Source: an uncultured virus (IMG/VR IMGVR_UViG_3300017697_000015) (lineage: Duplodnaviria; Heunggongvirae; Uroviricota; Caudoviricetes). Taken from it: 64,000 bases of DNA. The position numbers and the translations under genes were made by a program. Below, in pieces: positions 57,284-64,000 of the stretch. The notes under the pieces are model-generated. The model was not told the DNA's origin. It ran no database searches and saw nothing but the letters and a program-made list of their open reading frames with translations. Numbering within the stretch: position 1 is the stretch's first letter; each line of letters begins with the position of its first letter. The DNA lies in the IMG/VR virus record IMGVR_UViG_3300017697_000015, positions 1 through 64,000 of that record. One strand, given 5' to 3'.

Positions 57284-58003
57284 TTAAAACACTATTTTCA
57301 ATTCTAGGGGTTGCTTTTTATCTTCTTTAACTATGATTGCTTCTTTTATTATACACGTAGATACGTCAAATGACAACCTAAACATCATCAAAGCACTAAT
57401 ATCATTAGTATATATTTTTACATCATCATAATAAGCAGTGGTCATACTATTTGGCATTGTGTCTTTTAACCATTTTCTCATATCAAGCATACGTTTATGT
57501 GATTCAGGATTACTCCTACTCCATTGATATTGATGCTGAGGCTGCTTAACTGTAATAGCATTCATTCGAATAGTTACACTGTATACATACTTATCATAGT
57601 AGTTCTGCTTTCTTATAATCTGCGTTATTTCTTTGTTATTAAGCAACTCTCTATGTGCTTCATCTTTTGGGGACTTTACTTGCACTATATCAAAAAGATT
57701 AGTATTTTTATCTGTGACATGCAATAAGAACTTAACTGCTTCGTCATTAAACATATTAAAGTATACGCGCAGTGTGCATCCATTCATACGATAATAATAA
57801 TTATCCCCAATCACTATTTTTACATCAGTTGTATTATTTTTGATAATTGGTTTAAGTGCCATTAGTCTTCGATGAGTACTCATGTGAGAATCAGATAATT
57901 TAGTCGTGCATATATACATACATGAGTCATAACCATAACACAATTTAGTAGTCATGTCCCACATATCGTGTTTCACTATTCTTACATGATGATCTTGAGT
58001 CAT
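57284..58003 (-). CDS. Hypothetical protein
   Basis: 239-aa ORF with AGGA SD. Confidence 0.6.
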   Translation of the reverse strand: MTQDHHVRIVKHDMWDMTTKLCYGYDSCMYICTTKLSDSHMSTHRRLMALKPIIKNNTTDVKIVIGDNYYYRMNGCTLRVYFNMFNDEAVKFLLHVTDKNTNLFDIVQVKSPKDEAHRELLNNKEITQIIRKQNYYDKYVYSVTIRMNAITVKQPQHQYQWSRSNPESHKRMLDMRKWLKDTMPNSMTTAYYDDVKIYTNDISALMMFRLSFDVSTCIIKEAIIVKEDKKQPLELKIVF

Positions 58004-58012
58004 AATTTATTC

Positions 58013-58513
58013 CTAAATCAACTCACTAATGTCTAATACTTCTGGTATCTTATTTACTTCTTTTATAAGATAGATACATTCTGGATTATCACCATCACAC
58101 AATGGTACTGACAGAATATGACCAAACTTCAGTTTTGGGGCATGCCATTTTACATCTGTAAACACATTAACAATATTCACATCAAGATATTTTGGGCTAT
58201 AGCCAGTCATTGGGTTCATCGCAATTGTAGTGAAACCTCTATCATTTAATCCCATCAAACTAATTACTTCAGGATTTCCTACTTCTGGGTCGCAAATAAC
58301 AATACTCCAATCCAAAGGTACATTGATCGTATATTCACCAACTTGCAACACTGCTGCGGGACTATAAAAACTTTCTAAAAAAATTAATGGAATAAAATAA
58401 TAATCCACGTTCTTTGGGTCACTATAATCTAATACGCCATATCGTAGATCATCTACTAATTCAGGCACATCATCCAATTCGTAGGTGCGATTTTCCACCG
58501 TGAGTATTTTCAT
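58013..58513 (-). CDS. Conserved hypothetical phage protein
   Basis: 'DYYFIPLIFLESFYSPA...PLDWS'. Confidence 0.75.
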   Translation of the reverse strand: MKILTVENRTYELDDVPELVDDLRYGVLDYSDPKNVDYYFIPLIFLESFYSPAAVLQVGEYTINVPLDWSIVICDPEVGNPEVISLMGLNDRGFTTIAMNPMTGYSPKYLDVNIVNVFTDVKWHAPKLKFGHILSVPLCDGDNPECIYLIKEVNKIPEVLDISELI

Positions 58514-58542
58514 AATTTGGTTCCTTATTATTAATGTAATAC

Positions 58543-58571
58543 ATTATATCACATTATATCATACGAGTCAA
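58543..58571 (-). promoter_or_regulatory. Sigma70-type promoter
   Basis: TTGACT-17-TATAAT. Confidence 0.7.
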
Positions 58572-58577
58572 TAGGTT

Positions 58578-60035
58578 TTACTTGTAATCTACTTTCTCTA
58601 TTGAAAAAGGATAATTTGCTTCTTTATAAAATTTCTTACGTTCAGTCAAATGACGCTTACTAAACTTTGCTGTACTCGTGAAATCATATATCTCTACAAA
58701 GTCCTTATCATCTGCTCTACGAACACCACGTCCAATTGATTGTATTACACGCACAAAACTCTTACCAGGCTCAATCAATACCATGTTAAATATGCGTGGG
58801 ATGTTTAATCCAACTGCTGCTACACCATATGTCGCAATAGTAATACTATTAGTCGCTTCATTAATTTCATCGTATGTGTCTTTACGATCTGTAGACTTCA
58901 TTGCTCCCTTAACGAAAGTAGTATCACCGCCAATATGATCAACTAACATTTCGCCTGCTTTAATGCGATCAACCAATACCAGAGTATTACCAGATTGTGA
59001 TATTGTCTTTATTAAATCACCCATGTAACTAATACGATGTGCATTCGTTGTCAAAAATGTCAATTCACTTTGATAATTAGTATAGTCAGTGATTTCTTTC
59101 ATTTGTACAATATTAACATGACAATTACTTAGTACACCCATGTCTTGTAATTCTGATGCTGCTAAACGATTTACTACATTGCCCAAACTAACTTGCAATG
59201 TCATTTGTTCGTTTTCTGCTTTTGGTATTGTACCTGTCAATCCCCATCGTAGAGGTACATTAGCAAATTCCTTAGTAAGCATATCTTTTAGTACATCCGC
59301 CTTTGCTTGGTGAACTTCGTCTACTATGATACAGACTACATCCTCTGCAAAGTCTTGCAATCCCCAATCTTGCTCACCATTCTTGAATCGTTTACGAATT
59401 ACGTTAAGACTCTGCCATGTACAAATTGTATGAGTTCGTCCAAATTCTTTTTTATCACCAAAGTACACACCAACATCAAGTCCAAGATTAATATAATCTG
59501 CGCATGTTTGATTCACCAAATCTTTATTTGGGACAATAACAATAGAACGACCATACTTCTCTGCTTTATAACTTAACGCTGCTGTAATCAATGTTTTACC
59601 AGCACCCGTTGCAATCTCTTGTAGACACTGAGGAGTTTCTACAAACTTGTTGACAATGTCAATTTGATAATCACGTAGTGTTACAGGATGTCCTTCAAAT
59701 CGATGCTTTGCGGGCCATACTTTATGTTGAAACGTAGATTCATCTACCAAATCAAACTCAAATTTATTATGAGTTCTAAGATCATCCAATTCAATCTGAT
59801 AACCATCTTCGATGATAATAGGAATCGCTGTCTCTAATAGACTGACAAATGTAATACCACCGATGGTAAAATATCGTTCACACCCATCCCATCTACCTAA
59901 TTTATAGGAAGGAACATGTCGCGCATAAGGCAAGAAAAACTTAAACTTTGCCTCTAGTTTTTTTCTAGTGGTAAGTTCAAGTCCTTCTATCTTTGCATTG
60001 ACTTCGTCTTTCAATATAATTGTTGCAGTTTTAAT
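58578..60035 (-). CDS. uvsW: UvsW-like SF2 DNA helicase (probable ATT start)
   Basis: ATGAGKT, DEVH, GLTGT and QSIGRGVR motifs; GGAG 7 nt before in-frame ATT at 60035. Confidence 0.9.
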   Translation of the reverse strand: MKTATIILKDEVNAKIEGLELTTRKKLEAKFKFFLPYARHVPSYKLGRWDGCERYFTIGGITFVSLLETAIPIIIEDGYQIELDDLRTHNKFEFDLVDESTFQHKVWPAKHRFEGHPVTLRDYQIDIVNKFVETPQCLQEIATGAGKTLITAALSYKAEKYGRSIVIVPNKDLVNQTCADYINLGLDVGVYFGDKKEFGRTHTICTWQSLNVIRKRFKNGEQDWGLQDFAEDVVCIIVDEVHQAKADVLKDMLTKEFANVPLRWGLTGTIPKAENEQMTLQVSLGNVVNRLAASELQDMGVLSNCHVNIVQMKEITDYTNYQSELTFLTTNAHRISYMGDLIKTISQSGNTLVLVDRIKAGEMLVDHIGGDTTFVKGAMKSTDRKDTYDEINEATNSITIATYGVAAVGLNIPRIFNMVLIEPGKSFVRVIQSIGRGVRRADDKDFVEIYDFTSTAKFSKRHLTERKKFYKEANYPFSIEKVDYK

Positions 60036-60070
60036 TGTTGTTCTCCAATTTGTTTTTACTTATTCTAACG

Positions 60071-60096
60071 AAAGACCCAGGATTCCTGGGTCCTTT
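60071..60096 (-). terminator. Hairpin terminator after AAA ATPase gene
   Basis: GACCCAGG-3 nt-CCTGGGTC stem followed by TTT. Confidence 0.6.
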
Positions 60097-60114
60097 ATAA
60101 CAGTCAATAAACTA

Positions 60115-60999
60115 TTATGCAGTTGATCGCATACAGGTGATTTCTGCCATACGCTGCCATTTGTCACTTTTGGTTTTACGCAAGTCTGCAATTTTACATA
60201 CCATACGTAGACTAATCTCGCGCATACGATCTTTGTTATTATCTACAAAGTCAACAATTTCGTGTTGCTCTGCTTCTGAAAAACCATACTCTTCTAGCAT
60301 ACCATCCTTAACAACTTGACGGCAACGCAATAGACGCTCACGTGTACTGTTCATAGTCAGATCAAGATAGTGACAACGCGACATAATTGCATCTAAGTGA
60401 TCTTTGATCTTACCACGTACTTTGTCAAATTTCAAGTTAGTAATGAAAATTACAGATCCTTTAAATTCAAATGACTCAGGAATTCCTTCACGACGGAGTG
60501 CTGAACTTTCAGTGTTCCAAGAAATCCTACGCTTCTTAGAACTATCTAACGCTGCTTTTAATAGGTTTAATGACAATTCATCATACAACACCGAATCACA
60601 ATCGTCTAATACAAGTACATTGTTAGCATCAGCATAACGATATAACAACTTATATAAACCGATTGCAGAAGCAGCGCCTTTCTCAATGCCAAATCGCGAT
60701 ACTGCACCACGTAACTTATCAAACAATGAATTCTTTTCAATAACATTCTCAACACCGAATGACTTACCAACTCCAGGAGGACCTGTTACTACCATTCCGC
60801 GAATATCACCATCTACTGACATTTGAGTCATTTCATCTAAGATACTGAATCGTTCACGTAGACGCTCAACAATCTCATTATCAGTTTCAGTAGTAACCGA
60901 CTCAGTAGTATCTACTTCAATGATAGATGCTGCTGCGTTCTTACGAGGACGACCTGCTTTGCGTTTTGTAGTGGTTAATTTGATTGTTTGAGTAGTCAT
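60115..60999 (-). CDS. Phage AAA+ ATPase with N-terminal AT-hook-like motif
   Basis: GPPGVGKS, VLDDCD, FITN; 'KAGRPRK'. Confidence 0.85.
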   Translation of the reverse strand: MTTQTIKLTTTKRKAGRPRKNAAASIIEVDTTESVTTETDNEIVERLRERFSILDEMTQMSVDGDIRGMVVTGPPGVGKSFGVENVIEKNSLFDKLRGAVSRFGIEKGAASAIGLYKLLYRYADANNVLVLDDCDSVLYDELSLNLLKAALDSSKKRRISWNTESSALRREGIPESFEFKGSVIFITNLKFDKVRGKIKDHLDAIMSRCHYLDLTMNSTRERLLRCRQVVKDGMLEEYGFSEAEQHEIVDFVDNNKDRMREISLRMVCKIADLRKTKSDKWQRMAEITCMRSTA

Positions 61000-61035
61000 G
61001 TTTTAGATTCCTATCTAATTAATTAATGAAGTTCT

Positions 61036-61065
61036 ATTATACAGTAAGATGTATTGGTTTGTCAA
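61036..61065 (-). promoter_or_regulatory. Sigma70-type promoter
   Basis: TTGACA-18-TATAAT. Confidence 0.7.
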
Positions 61066-61068
61066 GGG

Positions 61069-61287
61069 TTATTTAAGATATAATGCAAATGATGTTGCAT
61101 AATGTTTAACGATGTAGGACTGTGGTCGAGTATATTCTGCATTTGAAGGACCACGATACTTATATCTAAACTTCCCAGGATATTGACGCTGCACATCATC
61201 TACATACATCATTGGGATGCCCTTTGCAAAACTTCTCTCGTTAGGTGATGTTTCAAAAATCTGCAATATTGAATCAAGTTGTGTCAT
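61069..61287 (-). CDS. Hypothetical early protein
   Basis: 'FRYKYRGP...RPQS...ATSFALY'. Confidence 0.65.
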   Translation of the reverse strand: MTQLDSILQIFETSPNERSFAKGIPMMYVDDVQRQYPGKFRYKYRGPSNAEYTRPQSYIVKHYATSFALYLK

Positions 61288-61322
61288 AATTTTCTCGCTC
61301 TTCTTTATTAACTTACTTAACT

Positions 61323-61351
61323 ATTATAGCAAGGATCATTACTTTTGTCAA
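61323..61351 (-). promoter_or_regulatory. Early sigma70-type promoter
   Basis: TTGACA-17-TATAAT. Confidence 0.85.
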
Positions 61352-61363
61352 GTGTCTATCCAC

Positions 61364-61390
61364 AAAAAAACCCACATTTGTGGGTTTTTT
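61364..61390. terminator. Rho-independent terminator (bidirectional form)
   Basis: A7-CCCACA-TT-TGTGGG-T6. Confidence 0.85.
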
Positions 61391-61433
61391 ACCTAGTTTA
61401 TATTATTGTATTTTCAATAACAACATCGATATT

Positions 61434-62630
61434 TTACTCTGTTATATTTACACCAGCAATATATGAACTAAATTTTCGTGGGGCTATTGGCACTATACCA
61501 GCAGCAACACCAAACTGATTTCCAAAGGTATTCGCATTGCCTCCAAGACTGTAAGGATTATTAGGATATTGGCTGGTAGTCCATGCTGGTGGACTTTCAT
61601 TCATATCAATAACAGTTAAACGATCATTATGCTCACCAAATATCAATGCAACACCTGGAGCAGCCTCAAATGCACCATTACCATATTCAGTGGAAGATTG
61701 TGATCCATTTTGAATTTTAGATACTACACCAGTAGAAATGTTGTAGTAAGTAAAGTAATTAGTACCTTGCTCCACTATATAACTTTCGCCTAGTGTATTA
61801 GTAACAACACATGCCCCATCAGAATAACCACCGACAGCAAGGTTCACATTGTTAATATCAATTGGAGTTGGTGCTGGATCATTGGGACCAGGAATAGTAA
61901 AGTAAGACATTACATTACCACCGCCTGATGTTTTCGAATATATTTTTCCATTATGATGAAGAGTATAACTTCCTTGGTTATGTGCTGGCATGTATAACCC
62001 ACCAGTTACAGAAAAGTCCGAATGAATTCCAGTATCAATATGTCTTCTAAGAACAGTACTCGCTGATGATATTGCATACATGTAAGTTCCGTCAGTACAC
62101 ATCTGGTGCACATTAGTTGCACCAAAGGAAAATTCATCTGTCTCTACGCCGTCCTCGTCATATTCAGTTACTACACCAGCACAAAGTTTATAGAATTTTA
62201 TAGTTGACGTTACTCCATGCACGTGAACAAAACCACTAGTTCCAATATTAATGCCGGTTGTTTCACTAACACTCTTTACTTCAGGATTGAGGTAGCCGTT
62301 TACAGTAGTAAACGTATTCAACCCTTCACTGCCATTACAAAAGAACAAACCTTTAAGACCCGTTGAAGGCCTTAAAGGGAACTTAAACGACACGGTAGAA
62401 TTATTGTCAACCAATATTGATTTATTAAGCTGAAGACTTCCATCATTATTACTAGTTTGTAGTACATGACCATCTTGTTCTAGCGTTGCGCCTCTTCCTA
62501 GATTTATCGCGTCTATATCGCTAATAACCGCTTTGGTCGTACTCGTTGTTGATACTATATTCTGTGTAGTTGCTTCTGGAGATACCTCTAGGTCAACTAT
62601 GTTTTGAAATACTTTTACTTGTTCTGGCAT
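61434..62630 (-). CDS. Beta-rich (propeller-like) putative virion/receptor-binding protein, paralog 1
   Basis: 398 aa; colinear with 62656..63864; GGAGG SD. Confidence 0.6.
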   Translation of the reverse strand: MPEQVKVFQNIVDLEVSPEATTQNIVSTTSTTKAVISDIDAINLGRGATLEQDGHVLQTSNNDGSLQLNKSILVDNNSTVSFKFPLRPSTGLKGLFFCNGSEGLNTFTTVNGYLNPEVKSVSETTGINIGTSGFVHVHGVTSTIKFYKLCAGVVTEYDEDGVETDEFSFGATNVHQMCTDGTYMYAISSASTVLRRHIDTGIHSDFSVTGGLYMPAHNQGSYTLHHNGKIYSKTSGGGNVMSYFTIPGPNDPAPTPIDINNVNLAVGGYSDGACVVTNTLGESYIVEQGTNYFTYYNISTGVVSKIQNGSQSSTEYGNGAFEAAPGVALIFGEHNDRLTVIDMNESPPAWTTSQYPNNPYSLGGNANTFGNQFGVAAGIVPIAPRKFSSYIAGVNITE

Positions 62631-62655
62631 TTGAAGCCTCCAATTTTTGAATTTA

Positions 62656-63864
62656 TCATGATTCTGTTATAGTTACGCCAGAAACCAGTGCGCTAAAACT
62701 TCGGGGTGCTATTGGTACTATTCCACCAGCAATGGTAAATTTATTACCAAAGCAATTACTTGCTTGTACAGTAGAATAAGGATTACCATCTTGCCATGTT
62801 GAAGTTGACCATGCTGGTGGACTTTCATTCATATCAATAATTACTATACGATCATTATGCTCACCAAATATCAATGCAACACCTGGAGAAACTTCACAAG
62901 CACCATTACCATATTCAGTAGAAGCAGTACTTCCAGATGCAACTTTCGTGACTACATCAGTATCAAGATTCCAATAAGTAAAGTAATTAGTACCTTGCTC
63001 TACTATATAAGGTACTCCTGCTACCGTTGTTACTACTGTAGCACCATCAGAATAGCCACCGACTGCTAAATCATTGTTAGCAACCTGTTGTACTGCGCAA
63101 TTCAAAGCCGGATTGCCTGTAAGAGTTATGATCTGTGCATAGCCATGTCCACCGTTTCCCTTATTATATAGTTTCCCATTATGATAAAGAGTATAACTTC
63201 CTTGGTTGTCGGCTGGCACGTTAATATTTGGTGCACAAGTGAATGAATCAGTAACTCCTGATTCAATATGTCTTCTAGTAAATGCCGATGTAGTAGTAAC
63301 TCCGTACATATAGATTCCATCAGTACACATTTGTCTTGTAGCACTTGTACCAAACGGAAATGATGTTAGAAGTTGTCCAAGATGATTATGCTCATAGACC
63401 ATGCCGTTTAATATTGCAAAAAACGTTATATCCCCTGTAACTGAATGTACATGAACAAATCCAGAAGTTCGACTTTTTGAAGCGTCTGCACCAGTGGAAA
63501 TACTTGTAATTTGCGGAGTCATAACGGTTGGTCCACCTTCAATATAATTATTTCCTTCAATCCCGCCGTGTCCAAAGAACATGCCTCTGAAACCAACGTT
63601 TGCTCTAGATGGAAATTTTAAAGATAATACAGAATTAGTATCAACCACTAGTTTTTTAGTACGTGTAAGAACTCCTAGACTATCGCCAGTTGCCATACTT
63701 CTACCATCAAGGTCTAAGGTCACATTCGCTCCTAAGTCTATACAGTCAACATCCTTAATTACTGCGCGTTCTGTTGAACTGGTTGTTACCAACGGAACCG
63801 TTGTTTCTGCTACTGGCACTTCTTGTGCTACTATGTTTTGAAATACTTTTAATTTTTCAGGCAT
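62656..63864 (-). CDS. Beta-rich (propeller-like) putative virion/receptor-binding protein, paralog 2
   Basis: 402 aa; AAGGAGG SD; late box CATAAATA at 63886-63893. Confidence 0.6.
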   Translation of the reverse strand: MPEKLKVFQNIVAQEVPVAETTVPLVTTSSTERAVIKDVDCIDLGANVTLDLDGRSMATGDSLGVLTRTKKLVVDTNSVLSLKFPSRANVGFRGMFFGHGGIEGNNYIEGGPTVMTPQITSISTGADASKSRTSGFVHVHSVTGDITFFAILNGMVYEHNHLGQLLTSFPFGTSATRQMCTDGIYMYGVTTTSAFTRRHIESGVTDSFTCAPNINVPADNQGSYTLYHNGKLYNKGNGGHGYAQIITLTGNPALNCAVQQVANNDLAVGGYSDGATVVTTVAGVPYIVEQGTNYFTYWNLDTDVVTKVASGSTASTEYGNGACEVSPGVALIFGEHNDRIVIIDMNESPPAWSTSTWQDGNPYSTVQASNCFGNKFTIAGGIVPIAPRSFSALVSGVTITES

Positions 63865-64000
63865 TTTAAGCCTCCTTATTATGTTTATTTATGTTTGAGT
63901 TTTATGACGTAACAACATAATCTCTTATCAACTTTAAGGTCTACCTTAACTCAGATGCAATATAATGTTACAGTATCTACTCTATTATCTATTTAAATAA

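Noticed and set aside
23..63841. Numerous plus-strand ORFs of 60-220 aa in the ORF track (e.g. 48403..49065, 53138..53686, 45992..46462)
   Set aside because: They are antisense shadows of well-supported minus-strand genes, with no SD, no motifs and atypical composition
61434..63864. Diversity-generating retroelement acting on the paralog pair
   Set aside because: There is no reverse transcriptase in the window, and the differences are not adenine-specific
1..64000. Stop-codon reassignment as in some large phages
   Set aside because: Core genes are full-length under the standard code, and TAA, TAG and TGA all terminate genes; no suppressor tRNA was seen
63894..64000. Possible gene or ncRNA at the window end
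   Set aside because: No convincing ORF or structure is visible in the truncated segment

Overview
64-kb segment of a large, AT-rich T4-superfamily dsDNA phage genome. The overlapping spanin pair implies a Gram-negative host. It uses the standard genetic code, and almost every gene is on the minus strand (only phoH and one 123-aa gene are on +). Replication and nucleotide genes: family B DNA polymerase, gp41 helicase, gp61 primase, gp62-like clamp-loader subunit, UvsW, class Ia NrdA/NrdB, glutaredoxin, a PD-(D/E)xK exonuclease and a 192-aa mini-DnaE. Other recognisable content: PAAR, fibre-like and structural genes, a DnaJ-ClpA-PepA operon, IF-1, PhoH, an orphan DNA MTase, two tRNAs (Arg-UCU and a CAU tRNA), a QueC plus class II amidotransferase pair, and a radical SAM/2OG-Fe(II)/GNAT cassette. 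Two promoter classes are readable: sigma70-type TTGACA-17-TATAAT and T4 late-type (N)ATAAATA. The most notable observations are: (i) a family of late proteins with an MKINE-type N-terminal tag and internal [LIV]xE sites, carrying GNAT, nucleotidyltransferase, ligase-like and nuclease-like domains, which may be capsid-packaged, injected effectors; (ii) an EF-hand/2TM protein co-transcribed with a RyR-domain protein; (iii) the mini-DnaE retaining all three catalytic Asp motifs; (iv) a likely AUU start for uvsW, leaderless mRNAs and RBS-sequestering hairpins. All functional calls come from motif recognition by eye; no database searches were run.
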